Shown here: one piece after another, positions 36,235 through 45,647 of the stretch
Layout of the letters: each line of letters opens with the position of its first letter
Numbering within the stretch: position 1 is the stretch's first letter
Assembly (NCBI GenBank): GCA_046735235.1
Contig: JBKPSY010000027.1
Location: 2,389 to 66,388, forward strand
DNA from: Acidobacteriota bacterium
GTDB lineage: Bacteria; Acidobacteriota; Vicinamibacteria; Vicinamibacterales; JAENWD01
Direction of reading: 5' to 3'
Length of the DNA: 64,000 nucleotides
The notes under the pieces: model-generated
What the model saw: the letters and a program-made list of their open reading frames with translations, nothing else
What the model was told of the DNA's origin: nothing
Database searches by the model: none
Position numbers and translations under genes: made by a program

Positions 36235-37029
36235 ATGTTTGCTCACCTGCGAGCTCTCCCCAAGTACCGCGGCCTGATCCAGAGCCTCGTGGTGCGCGAT
36301 CTGAAGGCGCGTTACCGCGGATCGGTCCTGGGGTTCTTCTGGTCGTTCGTCAACCCGCTTCTGCTCCTGCTGATTTACTCGTTCGTCTTCACGGTCGTCC
36401 TGCCAGGCACACACCCGAAGGAAATCGAGCCTTACGCGCTTTTCATGTTCTGCGGCATCCTGCCGTGGACGTGGTTCTCCTCGTCGCTGCTCGAATCGTC
36501 GAACGTCCTCATCGCCGGCGGCAACCTGATCAAGAAAGTGCTCTTCCCGGCGGAAGTGCTGCCCATCGTCACCGTGCTGGCGAACATGGTGCACTTCCTG
36601 CTCGGGTTGCCGATTCTGGCCATCTTTCTCCTGTATTACCGCGCGCCGTTGAACGCGACGGATCTGATCTGGTTCCCGCTGGTGCTGCTGACGCAGTTGA
36701 TCCTGACGATCGCGCTCGCGTTGATCGTGTCGGCGCTGACGGTGCACTTCCGCGACCTGAAGGATCTGCTCGCGAACCTGCTGACGTTCTGGTTCTTCGC
36801 GACGCCCATCATCTACCCGATGACGATGGCGCCGGGGATCGGCCGGACGCTGCTGAACATCAACCCGTTCACGCACCTGGCGATTTCGTATCAGGAGATC
36901 CTGTTCTACGACGGCCCATACGGGCACTGGCGCTGGCTGATCGCGCTGATGTTTGGATCGGTGGCCCTGTTCCTTGTCGGGTACTTCCTGTTCGATCGGC
37001 TGCGGGACTCCTTCGCGGAGGAGGTCTGA
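36235..37029 (+). CDS. wzm: ABC-2 type polysaccharide/O-antigen export permease (Wzm/TagG-like)
   Basis: 264 aa with an N-terminal VVRDLKARYRGSVLGFFWSFVNPLL signature and 6 TM helices. Confidence 0.9.
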   Translation: MFAHLRALPKYRGLIQSLVVRDLKARYRGSVLGFFWSFVNPLLLLLIYSFVFTVVLPGTHPKEIEPYALFMFCGILPWTWFSSSLLESSNVLIAGGNLIKKVLFPAEVLPIVTVLANMVHFLLGLPILAIFLLYYRAPLNATDLIWFPLVLLTQLILTIALALIVSALTVHFRDLKDLLANLLTFWFFATPIIYPMTMAPGIGRTLLNINPFTHLAISYQEILFYDGPYGHWRWLIALMFGSVALFLVGYFLFDRLRDSFAEEV

Positions 37030-38366
37030 TGAGCGCCCCTGCGATTGACGCCCGCGACGTCACCAAGGTCTACCGCCGGTACGCGCACAAGAAACAGTTC
37101 GCGACGCTGAAGAGCGCGCTGATGTCGCGGAGCCTCATCCGCGACCTGAAGCCGGATGAGACGTTCGCAGCCCTGCGCGGCGTGTCGTTCACCGTCCCGT
37201 CGGGCTGTACGTACGGGATCGTCGGCCGCAACGGATCCGGCAAGAGCACGATGCTGAAGTGCGTCGCCGGCATCACGCGCCCGACGAGCGGCACCGTGAC
37301 GGTGAACGGTCGTGTTTCGGCGCTGATCGAGCTCGGCGCGGGGTTTCACCCCGAGATTTCCGGCCGAGAGAACGTCTTCATCAACGGCATCATGCTTGGC
37401 CTCTCGAAGAAGGAGATCACGAGACGCTTCGACGAGATCGTCGAGTTCGCCGAACTCGAGGACTTCATCGACGCGCCGGTGAAGACGTACTCCTCCGGCA
37501 TGTACATGCGCCTCGGGTTCGCCGTGGCGATCCACGTGGACCCGGACGTGTTGCTCGTGGACGAGGTGCTCGCGGTCGGCGACGAGGGCTTCACGCACAA
37601 GTGCCTCGACAAGTTCGGCGAGTTTCGACGCCGTGGGAAGACGATTCTGCTCGTCACGCATTCCCTCGGCCTGGTCGAACGGTTCTGCGACGAGGCGCTC
37701 TGGATCGATGGCGGGGTCGGCCGGGCACACGGCGATCCGCGACGCGTGGTCGGCGCCTACGTCACCGATGTCGAGAAGACCGAGGAAGACGCGTTGGCCA
37801 GCGGAGACCAGCGTGCGATGGAACAGGCCGGCACCGCGCCGGCGCCGGATCTCACCGTGGCGGACCCTGTCGCGGCCAGCGAGACGCCGGACGACATGTT
37901 CCGCGCGACCGAAGGCCGATGGGGATCGCGCGAGATCGAGATCGCCGGCGTGACCCTGTTCGGAACCGACGGCGAGCCGTCTCACGTTTTCCACACCGGC
38001 GACGCGATGACGATCCAGCTGGCCGTGTCGGCCGCCAAGCCGATGACCGACTTCGCATTCGGCGTGGCAATCTTCAACGCGGATGGCGTCTGCTGCTACG
38101 GCACCAACACCTCGGTCGAGGAGCTGGCCGCGCGCAGCTTCGAGGGCCAGGGCGACGTGCGGTTCGTCATCGAAAACCTGGACCTCATCGAAGGCACCTA
38201 CAAGATAGACGTCGCGGCGCACTCGCGTGACGGCTATCCGTACGATTACCACCGCCTGCTCTATACCTTCCGCGTGAAGTCGCGGACGAAGGACGTGGGC
38301 GTCTTCCGGCCGCGCCACCGCTGGGAATTCTCGCCGTCGGTGCAGTTCGGGCCGGCGCTGAAGTGA
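37029..38366 (+). CDS. wzt: polysaccharide export ABC ATPase with C-terminal Wzt_C-like glycan-binding domain
   Basis: 445 aa. It is the 3' part of track ORF 36198..38366. Walker A GRNGSGKST, signature YSSGMYMRLGFA, and a C-terminal beta-sandwich-like extension of about 180 aa. TGATG coupling to wzm. Confidence 0.9.
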   Translation: MSAPAIDARDVTKVYRRYAHKKQFATLKSALMSRSLIRDLKPDETFAALRGVSFTVPSGCTYGIVGRNGSGKSTMLKCVAGITRPTSGTVTVNGRVSALIELGAGFHPEISGRENVFINGIMLGLSKKEITRRFDEIVEFAELEDFIDAPVKTYSSGMYMRLGFAVAIHVDPDVLLVDEVLAVGDEGFTHKCLDKFGEFRRRGKTILLVTHSLGLVERFCDEALWIDGGVGRAHGDPRRVVGAYVTDVEKTEEDALASGDQRAMEQAGTAPAPDLTVADPVAASETPDDMFRATEGRWGSREIEIAGVTLFGTDGEPSHVFHTGDAMTIQLAVSAAKPMTDFAFGVAIFNADGVCCYGTNTSVEELAARSFEGQGDVRFVIENLDLIEGTYKIDVAAHSRDGYPYDYHRLLYTFRVKSRTKDVGVFRPRHRWEFSPSVQFGPALK

Positions 38367-38842
38367 TGCGCTCGCGGGTGCTCTCGCTCGCCGATGCCGT
38401 CGCGCTCGTCGCACGATTGCGCGCCGAGGGCAGGTCGATCGTCTTCACCAATGGCGTCTATGACCTGCTGCACCCGGGCCACGTTCGGTACCTACAGGCT
38501 GCCCGCGCCGAAGGCGACGCCCTCATCGTCGGCGTGAACTCGGATCGATCGGTACGGGCGAACAAGGGGCCGGGACGCCCGATCAATACGGAAGAGGAGC
38601 GCGCCGAGCTGATTGCGGCTCTGGCTGCGGTCGATGCGGCCGTGATCTTCGATGAGGACACCCCGCACGCGATCATCAGCGCATTGCAGCCGGATGTGCT
38701 CGTCAAGGGCGCCGACTGGGCCGCGGATCAGATAGTCGGACGCGACGTCGTCGAAGCGCGCGGCGGCCGTGTCGTCCGCGCCACCGTCGAGCCGGGTCAT
38801 TCGACGACAGCAATCCTCGCAAGGATCCGCCAGCATCTGTAG
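38363..38842 (+). CDS. rfaE2: D-glycero-beta-D-manno-heptose 1-phosphate adenylyltransferase (RfaE domain II-like cytidylyltransferase)
   Basis: 159 aa with FTNGVYDLLHPGHVRYL (the HxGH nucleotidyltransferase motif). ATGA overlap with wzt. Confidence 0.85.
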   Translation: MMRSRVLSLADAVALVARLRAEGRSIVFTNGVYDLLHPGHVRYLQAARAEGDALIVGVNSDRSVRANKGPGRPINTEEERAELIAALAAVDAAVIFDEDTPHAIISALQPDVLVKGADWAADQIVGRDVVEARGGRVVRATVEPGHSTTAILARIRQHL

Positions 38843-38899
38843 CGCAGGCCTTCAGGGCTGCAACCGCGCGACAACAGCAGACCTGAAGGTCTGCGCTAC
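38839..38899. repeat. REPIN-like doublet
   Basis: GTAGCGCAGGCCTTCAGGGCTGC - 15 nt - GCAGACCTGAAGGTCTGCGCTAC. The rfaE2 TAG stop is inside the left head. Confidence 0.85.
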
Positions 38900-38919
38900 A
38901 CTCATTCGATCCGCACGAG

Positions 38920-41900
38920 ATGCCTTCCTCGACGTCCCTCTCTCTTCAGGCCCTGCTCCGATCGGCGGCCGGCCGCGCCGGATTCGCCCAGGATCGCGGC
39001 ACGATTTCCGGGCTGACGCCGGCAGGCCGCGCGCTGTACGCGGCGCTTCGCGCGCATCAGGCGGGGGACCGATTAATCGTGCTGGTCGTCCCCACCGACG
39101 CGGACGCAGACGAGACCGCGGCCGACACGCGATTCTTCCTGGCGGCGCTCGAGGGGCTCGACGACCGCGCGGCCGCAGCCGCGGTGCTGCCGTTGCCCTC
39201 GCACGAGGTGGACCCGTATCGCGGGCTGTCGCCACACTTGCACGTGGCGTCCGCACGTGCGCGGGTGCTTGCGTCGATCGCATCCGGCGACGTGCGTGTC
39301 GTCGTCGCGTCGGCGCCGGCGCTGCTGCCTCGCCTGGTCCCGCCGCGTCGGCTGGCGTCGGCCGTGCTCGCGCTGAGACTCGGGGCCGAAGTCGATCCGC
39401 AGCTGCTCGGCGAGCATCTCGTCGAGTCTGGATTCAGCCGCGAAGATCCCGCCGACGAGCACGGAGAGTTCGCCGTGCGCGGCGGTATCGTCGACGTTTT
39501 CCCGCCCGGCGACGATCAGCCCGTCCGCATCGAGTTCGCCGGAGATTCGATCGAATCGATCCGCCGGTACGACCCGTCGACCCAGCGATCGACGGCCGCC
39601 ATCGACCAGGTCACGATCCTTCCGATCCGCGAACGCCTCGGGCAATCAGGCGCGCCGGCCGACCCGACGCTGACGCTCGAAGCCTCGGTCATCGACTACT
39701 TCACGACACGCCGCACGCCGGTGTATCTCGTCGGTGAGCTCGAGCAGGCACGCGCGGCCGCGGAGAAGTTCCTCGAGCAGATCGCGGCAAGCTTCGAAAC
39801 CGTGGCGGCGACAGCGAACAAGGGCGCCGGTCCCGTCGCGCCCCCGGAGCGGCTCTTCGTGTCGGCCGAAGACATTTTCGGGCGGCTGTCGAATGCCGTG
39901 CGCCTCGAGGCGTTGTCGGTCGAAGGCGGTCCGGAGACGGCCACCGTGCATCACGTCCGCTGTCAGGTGGTGCCCGAGTTCAAGGGGCGCATCCAGGACT
40001 TCATCGACGCGCTGCGCAAGAGTCGCAGCGACGGCGAGCAGGCGATCTTCGTGGCGTCCACCACCGGACGCGCCGAGCGGATGATCGAACTCGCACGCGA
40101 CTACCAGGTCGTCGCCACGCCGGCCGACCGCACCGAGGACGCGCACTTCGCGGCGCTGCTCGTCACCGTCGGGCACCTGGCCCGCGGGTTCCGCCTGCCT
40201 GACGGCCAGCTGACGATATACGCCGAAGCCGACGTCTTCGAAGAGGAGCGTCGCGGGCCGGAGCAGCGACGCAGGGCCGCCACGCGTGCGTTTCTCTCCG
40301 ATCTGCGCGATCTCAAAGTCGGCGACTTCGTGGTGCACGTCGATCACGGCATCGGCGTCTTCGTCGGGTTGAAGCAGCTGTCGGTCGCGCCCGGCGAGCC
40401 GCCGCAGGAGTTCATGGAGCTCCGCTACTCGGGCGAGGACAAGTTGTTCGTGCCGGTCGAGCGGCTCGACCTCGTCCAGAAGTACACCGGCGCCGCCCGT
40501 CCGCCCGTCGACCGGCTTGGCGGCCAGACGTGGGAGAAGGCCAAGACGCGCGTCAAGAAGGCGATGCGCGACATGGCCGAAGAGCTGCTCAAGCTCTACG
40601 CCGCGCGGAAAGCCGTTCCCGGCCACGCGTTCGCCGCAGACTCGCACTGGCAGCAGGAATTCGAAGGCGGCTTTCCGTACGATCTGACGCCGGACCAGTC
40701 GACGGCGATTGCCGACATCAAGACCGACATGGAAACCGCCTCGCCGATGGATCGGCTGCTCTGCGGCGACGTCGGCTACGGCAAGACGGAAGTCTCGATG
40801 CGCGCCGCGTTCAAGGCCGTCATGGACGGCAAACAGGTCGCCTTTCTCGCGCCGACGACGATCCTCGCGTTCCAGCACCTGCGGACGCTGACCGAGCGGT
40901 TTGCGGGCTTCCCGGTGCGGATCGACATGATCAGCCGGTTTCGCACGAAGGCGGAACAGAAAGTCGTGCTCGAGGATCTCGCCGCCGGCAAGATCGAGGT
41001 CATCGTCGGCACCCATCGGCTGCTCTCGAAGGACGTCCAGTTCCGCGATCTCGGCCTGCTCGTGGTGGACGAAGAGCAGCGATTCGGTGTCGCCCACAAG
41101 GAGCGGATCAAGCAGCTCCGGAAACGCGTGGACGTCCTGACGATGACGGCCACCCCCATCCCGCGGACGCTCAACATGTCGCTCGTCGGCATTCGCGACA
41201 TGTCGGTGATCGAGACGCCGCCGAAGGACCGCCTGTCGATCCAGACGCACGTGGTGAAGTTCGACGCGGAAGTCATTCGCCGCGCGATTCGCCACGAGCT
41301 GGAACGCGGCGGGCAGGTCTACGTCGTGCACAACCGCGTCGAGTCGATCTTCTCGATCGCGAACCTGATCACGCGGCTCGTGCCCGAAGCGAAGATCGCC
41401 ATCGGCCACGGTCAGATGGGAGAGGAGCAGCTCGAGAAGACGATGCTGGACTTCATGGCGCACAAGTACGACGTGCTCCTCGCCACGACGATCGTCGAGA
41501 ACGGCCTCGACATCCCCAACGCGAACACGATGATCATCAATCGCGCCGACCGGTACGGCCTGTCGCAGCTCTACCAGCTGCGCGGCCGCGTCGGGCGATC
41601 CGATCGTCCGGCGTACGCCTACCTGCTGATCCCGCCGGAAGAATCGCTGTCGCCGGTCGCGAAGAAGCGGCTGGCGGCCATCAAGGAATTCAGCGATCTG
41701 GGCAGCGGCTTCCGTGTCGCCGCGCTCGACCTCGAGATCCGCGGCGCCGGCAACCTGCTCGGCGGCGAGCAGAGCGGCCATATGGAGACGGTGGGCTTCG
41801 AGACGTACACGAAGCTGCTCGAGGAAACCGTCCGCGAGCTCAAGGGCGAAGAAATCGAAGACGACATCCGGGCGACGGTGAACCTCCGGGTGGACCTGAA

Positions 41901-42522
41901 GATCGACGACGCCTACATCCCCGACATGAACCAGCGGCTGATGGTCTACCGCCGCATCGCGTCCGCCCGCAGCGAGGACGAGCTCGAGCGGGCCGTCGCC
42001 GAGGTGCGCGACCGCTACGGCCCGCCGCCGGAGTCAATTCTCAACCTCGCCGATTACGGGCGCATCCGCGTCATGGCGGACCAGCTGGGGCTCGAAACCA
42101 TCGATCGCGAAGGCGACCGCGTCGTGTTCCGCTTCGGCCCGAAAACCCCGCTCGACCCGGCGCGCCTGGTGACGTTCCTGGAGCGCCGCAAGGACGTGAC
42201 GCTGGTGCCGCCGGCGGGGATGCGGTTGGATTTGAAGGCTGGGCAGCCGGGTCTGACAGGTCAAACAGGTCACACGGGTCAAACGGGTCAGACAGGTCGG
42301 GCGGGTCAGCCGGGCCGCGGCGGGCCTGGCTCGTCGCGGCGAGGGCGTGGGCCGGCCGAGGCCGTGGCCCCAGCCTCGTGGTGGACAGCCCGGGCCACGG
42401 CGGGGGAAGTGACCGCCGGCTTCACGAAGGCGGAGATCCTGAAGCCCAAGGCGGAAGACCCTCGCGGCCCCAGCGGCGTCTTTACTCGAGTGGGGGGCCT
42501 GTTGAGCGAGCTCCTCCCGTGA
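38920..42522 (+). CDS. mfd: transcription-repair coupling factor Mfd
   Basis: 1200 aa with a UvrB-homology N-terminus, an RNAP-interaction domain, an SF2 translocase (GDVGYGKTEV, DEEQRFG) and a TRCF C-terminal domain. It carries an in-frame Gly-X-Y repeat insertion at about 42245-42316. Confidence 0.96.
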   Translation: MPSSTSLSLQALLRSAAGRAGFAQDRGTISGLTPAGRALYAALRAHQAGDRLIVLVVPTDADADETAADTRFFLAALEGLDDRAAAAAVLPLPSHEVDPYRGLSPHLHVASARARVLASIASGDVRVVVASAPALLPRLVPPRRLASAVLALRLGAEVDPQLLGEHLVESGFSREDPADEHGEFAVRGGIVDVFPPGDDQPVRIEFAGDSIESIRRYDPSTQRSTAAIDQVTILPIRERLGQSGAPADPTLTLEASVIDYFTTRRTPVYLVGELEQARAAAEKFLEQIAASFETVAATANKGAGPVAPPERLFVSAEDIFGRLSNAVRLEALSVEGGPETATVHHVRCQVVPEFKGRIQDFIDALRKSRSDGEQAIFVASTTGRAERMIELARDYQVVATPADRTEDAHFAALLVTVGHLARGFRLPDGQLTIYAEADVFEEERRGPEQRRRAATRAFLSDLRDLKVGDFVVHVDHGIGVFVGLKQLSVAPGEPPQEFMELRYSGEDKLFVPVERLDLVQKYTGAARPPVDRLGGQTWEKAKTRVKKAMRDMAEELLKLYAARKAVPGHAFAADSHWQQEFEGGFPYDLTPDQSTAIADIKTDMETASPMDRLLCGDVGYGKTEVSMRAAFKAVMDGKQVAFLAPTTILAFQHLRTLTERFAGFPVRIDMISRFRTKAEQKVVLEDLAAGKIEVIVGTHRLLSKDVQFRDLGLLVVDEEQRFGVAHKERIKQLRKRVDVLTMTATPIPRTLNMSLVGIRDMSVIETPPKDRLSIQTHVVKFDAEVIRRAIRHELERGGQVYVVHNRVESIFSIANLITRLVPEAKIAIGHGQMGEEQLEKTMLDFMAHKYDVLLATTIVENGLDIPNANTMIINRADRYGLSQLYQLRGRVGRSDRPAYAYLLIPPEESLSPVAKKRLAAIKEFSDLGSGFRVAALDLEIRGAGNLLGGEQSGHMETVGFETYTKLLEETVRELKGEEIEDDIRATVNLRVDLKIDDAYIPDMNQRLMVYRRIASARSEDELERAVAEVRDRYGPPPESILNLADYGRIRVMADQLGLETIDREGDRVVFRFGPKTPLDPARLVTFLERRKDVTLVPPAGMRLDLKAGQPGLTGQTGHTGQTGQTGRAGQPGRGGPGSSRRGRGPAEAVAPASWWTARATAGEVTAGFTKAEILKPKAEDPRGPSGVFTRVGGLLSELLP
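42245..42316 (+). repeat. 9-bp GGTC iteron array (8 units) in frame inside mfd
   Basis: AGCCGGGTC TGACAGGTC AAACAGGTC ACACGGGTC AAACGGGTC AGACAGGTC GGGCGGGTC AGCCGGGCC. It translates to GQPGLTGQTGHTGQTGQTGRAGQPG. Confidence 0.85.
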
Positions 42523-42561
42523 GTGTAAAATATTGATTCGCAAAGGATTGAAGGTCTGATC

Positions 42562-43716
42562 ATGCAGTTCCGCCCGCGTCGGCTCTGGCCTGCGCTCTCC
42601 GTGGCGATTCTGGTGGCCGTCACGGCCCGCCCGTCCGCCGAAACCATCGAAGCCATCCTGGTGAAGGTCAACGGCGACATCCTCACCAAGACCGACCTCG
42701 AACAGCGGCAGGTGCAGTACATGCGGGCGAAGAACCTGCAGCCCGCCGACGACGCGGCGTTGAAGAAGACGATTGAGGCGATCACGCCCGAAGTGGTGTC
42801 CGAGGCGATTGACGAGATCCTGCTGGTCCAGCGCGGCAAGGCGCTGAACTACAAGATGACCGACGAGGATTTCGATAAGGTCGTCCAGAACATCCGCAAG
42901 GAAAACAAGCTCGACACCGAAGAGGCCTTCCAGGCGGCGCTGAAGCAGGAAGGGATGTCGCTCCCCGAACTGCACAAGACGCTCGAGCGGCAGATGCTCA
43001 TCGCGCGCGTGACCCAGAACGAAGTGATGACCAAGGTCGGCATCACCGAAGAGGAGGCGCGCAAGTACCATTCGGAGCACCTGAAGGACTTCACGAAGGC
43101 GGGCACGGTCACCATCCGCGAGATTCTCGTCAAGGTGCCGCTCGAGAACGGCTCGATAAACGTCGCCGCGGATCAGGCCGCCAAGCAAAAGGCCGACGAC
43201 ATCCGCAAGCGGGCGCTCGCGGGCGAGTCGTTCGATCAGCTCGCGTCGGAGTTCTCCGACTCGCCGTCGAAGGCCAACGGCGGCCTCATCGGCCCGCTGA
43301 ACATGAACGAGCTGACGCCAGCCTTCAAGAAGCTCGTCGATCCGATGAAAGTGGGCGACGTCAGTGAAGTGCTCCCCGGCCAGGGCGGCTACCAGATCAT
43401 CAAGATCGAGGGCCGCACGGCCGACGAGGTGCTGACCCCCGAAGCCGCGCACGACAGGATTTCCGACGCGCTCTACGAAGAGAAGCGGCAGGTCTACATC
43501 CGCCGTTACCTGAACAAGCTGCGCTCGCAGGCGACGATCGAGTGGAAGAACGACGAAATCCGCAAAGCGTTCGAGACCTGGGCCGCTGCGCAGCCAGCGC
43601 TGCCGCCCGATCCCAATGCCGCGCCCGACCTGCCGACGACCAACAAGCCTGGGTCGTCGAAGCCGATCCCGAAGGGCTCCCCGACTCCCGAGAAAGAGAA
43701 GCCGCAGAACAACTGA
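42562..43716 (+). CDS. SurA-like periplasmic chaperone / PpiC-type peptidyl-prolyl isomerase
   Basis: 384 aa with a signal peptide, a SurA_N-like helical region and a parvulin domain (SDSPSKANGGLIGP...). Confidence 0.85.
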   Translation: MQFRPRRLWPALSVAILVAVTARPSAETIEAILVKVNGDILTKTDLEQRQVQYMRAKNLQPADDAALKKTIEAITPEVVSEAIDEILLVQRGKALNYKMTDEDFDKVVQNIRKENKLDTEEAFQAALKQEGMSLPELHKTLERQMLIARVTQNEVMTKVGITEEEARKYHSEHLKDFTKAGTVTIREILVKVPLENGSINVAADQAAKQKADDIRKRALAGESFDQLASEFSDSPSKANGGLIGPLNMNELTPAFKKLVDPMKVGDVSEVLPGQGGYQIIKIEGRTADEVLTPEAAHDRISDALYEEKRQVYIRRYLNKLRSQATIEWKNDEIRKAFETWAAAQPALPPDPNAAPDLPTTNKPGSSKPIPKGSPTPEKEKPQNN

Positions 43717-43718
43717 GC

Positions 43719-44264
43719 ATGCCGGTGCCCGAGGCGCACGAAGCAGAGCCACGCGGTTCGCGTCCGGCCGACGGACCGGACCGGTGGTACGCCGTTTGGA
43801 CCCGCAGCCGGCACGAGCAGGCTGTCCGCGCGCAGCTCGACGAAAAGGTGATCCCGGCGTTCCTGCCGACCGTGTCGCGGTGGAGCCGGTGGAAAGATCG
43901 AAAGAAGCGCATCGAGGTGCCGCTCTTTCCCGGCTACGTCTTCGCGCGCTTCGATCCGGCGACGCGCCTGGCGGTGCTCAAGTGCAGCGGCGTCGTCTCG
44001 ATCGTGTCGTTCAACGGCGAGCCCGCTCCGGTTCCGGATCACGAGATCGAAGGCATCCGGACGCTGGTCGAGAGCACGTTGCCATTCGACCCGTGCCCGA
44101 CGATCAAGACAGGCACGCTCGTCGAGGTCTCTCACGGGCCGCTCAAGGGTGTCATCGGCCGCCTGACGCGGAAGGGGTCGCAGTCGCGCCTCGTGCTGTC
44201 GGTGGATCTGATCGGGCAGGGCGTCAGCGTCGAGGTGGATGCGGCGGACGTGAAGGCCAGGTAG
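43719..44264 (+). CDS. specialised NusG paralog (UpxY/RfaH-like transcription antiterminator)
   Basis: 181 aa. It is the 3' part of track ORF 43542..44264. NGN domain (WYAVWTRSRHEQ...LFPGYVFARF) plus KOW (GTLVEVSHGPLKGVIGRL). It lies outside the secE-nusG-rplK context of housekeeping nusG. Confidence 0.8.
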   Translation: MPVPEAHEAEPRGSRPADGPDRWYAVWTRSRHEQAVRAQLDEKVIPAFLPTVSRWSRWKDRKKRIEVPLFPGYVFARFDPATRLAVLKCSGVVSIVSFNGEPAPVPDHEIEGIRTLVESTLPFDPCPTIKTGTLVEVSHGPLKGVIGRLTRKGSQSRLVLSVDLIGQGVSVEVDAADVKAR

Positions 44265-44300
44265 CAGCTGCCAGCTGTCAGCCGCCAGCGACAAGATCAC

Positions 44301-45431
44301 ATGAAGATTCGCAACATCGAGCTCTCGTCGCCGTTTGCCGTCGCCCCCATGGCTGGCATGACGGACACGGCGTTCCGCCGCCTCGTGAAGCGTCACGGGG
44401 GGTGTGGACTCGTCGTCACGGAGATGGTGAGCTCGGAGGGTCTGGTGCGCGGGATCGATCGGACGCTCGAATACGCCGAGTACACGGAAGAGGAGCGGCC
44501 GATCTCGGTCCAGATCTTCGGCGGCGATCCCGAGAAGATGGCCGCCGCGGCGCGCGTCGTGGAGCAGCTCGGCGCCGACATCGTCGACGTCAATATGGGC
44601 TGTCCCGTGCCGAAGATCGCGAAGCACAACGCCGGCTGCAGCCTGATGCGCGAGCCCTCGCATGCGGCGGAGGTGATCGCCGCGATGGCCAAGGCCGTGT
44701 CCATTCCGGTGACCGTGAAGATGCGGGCCGGGTGGAACGACAACGAGAAAAACGCGCCGGTGCTGGCGCGAATGGTCCAGGACGCCGGGGCCGCGGCCAT
44801 CGCGGTGCACGGCCGGACCGCGGCGCAGTCCTACTCCGGATCGTCGGATTGGGACTTCATCTCCGGCGTTGCGGCGTCGGTGGATATCCCGGTGTTCGGC
44901 AGCGGCGACGTCGTCGAGCCCGAGCAGGCCATCGAGCGACTGCGGGGCACTGACGTCAGCGGCGTGCTCGTCGGACGCGGCGTGCTGCGCAACCCCTGGA
45001 TTCTCGCGCAGGCGTCCGACATCGCCGCCGGACGTCCGCCGCGTGTCATCACGCTGCGCGAGCGCGGGCAGTTCTTGCTCGACTACATCGACCTGCTGCT
45101 GCACGAGGGCGAGGGGGAAGCGGAAGGATTCCGGCACGTCGTGGCGACCAGCGCCGAGAGCAACCCGTCGCGTCACGCTTCAATCGCGCGCGGGCGCGAT
45201 CGCTGGGTGGTCAACAAGGTGCGCGCGCTCGGCACCTGGTACACCAAGGGGTTCGAGAACGGGTCGCATCTCAGGACCGCGATCAACCAGTGCGATTCGA
45301 TCGGGCGCCTGCGCGATATCGTCGACGCGTTCTTTTTCGAGAGGGCCGCGTCCTTCGACGGGCTCAGGGCAAGCGCGCGGTCAGCAGACGCGGGGGAGCG
45401 GCCCGCCGGCGCCCTGGCGTCTGAAGGCTAG
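44301..45431 (+). CDS. dusB: tRNA-dihydrouridine synthase (DusB-like) with C-terminal extension
   Basis: 376 aa with APMAGMTDTAFRRL and the NMGCP active-site Cys. Confidence 0.93.
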   Translation: MKIRNIELSSPFAVAPMAGMTDTAFRRLVKRHGGCGLVVTEMVSSEGLVRGIDRTLEYAEYTEEERPISVQIFGGDPEKMAAAARVVEQLGADIVDVNMGCPVPKIAKHNAGCSLMREPSHAAEVIAAMAKAVSIPVTVKMRAGWNDNEKNAPVLARMVQDAGAAAIAVHGRTAAQSYSGSSDWDFISGVAASVDIPVFGSGDVVEPEQAIERLRGTDVSGVLVGRGVLRNPWILAQASDIAAGRPPRVITLRERGQFLLDYIDLLLHEGEGEAEGFRHVVATSAESNPSRHASIARGRDRWVVNKVRALGTWYTKGFENGSHLRTAINQCDSIGRLRDIVDAFFFERAASFDGLRASARSADAGERPAGALASEG

Positions 45432-45647
45432 ATCGGCCGTGCGGGGCTCGAGCGGACCCCAGCCTTCGCGATTGAGGCGACTCTGCAGATCGAGGAACCG
45501 CTCCGCGAGCGCGTCTTCGGTCTCGAACTGCTCGGTCAGCACGGGGCCTTCCGGGTACCAAATCCCGAGCTCGTACCCCGGACCGTCCTGACGAAGCCGC
45601 ACTTCGTAGTAGAGGTGCTGGCCGCCGCGCTGATAGAACCAGATCAT
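45381..45647 (-). CDS. hypothetical small protein
   Basis: 88-aa ORF with good GC3-type codon usage. It is convergent with dusB and overlaps its 3' end by 51 nt. I recognise no family. Confidence 0.45.
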   Translation of the reverse strand: MIWFYQRGGQHLYYEVRLRQDGPGYELGIWYPEGPVLTEQFETEDALAERFLDLQSRLNREGWGPLEPRTADLAFRRQGAGGPLPRVC

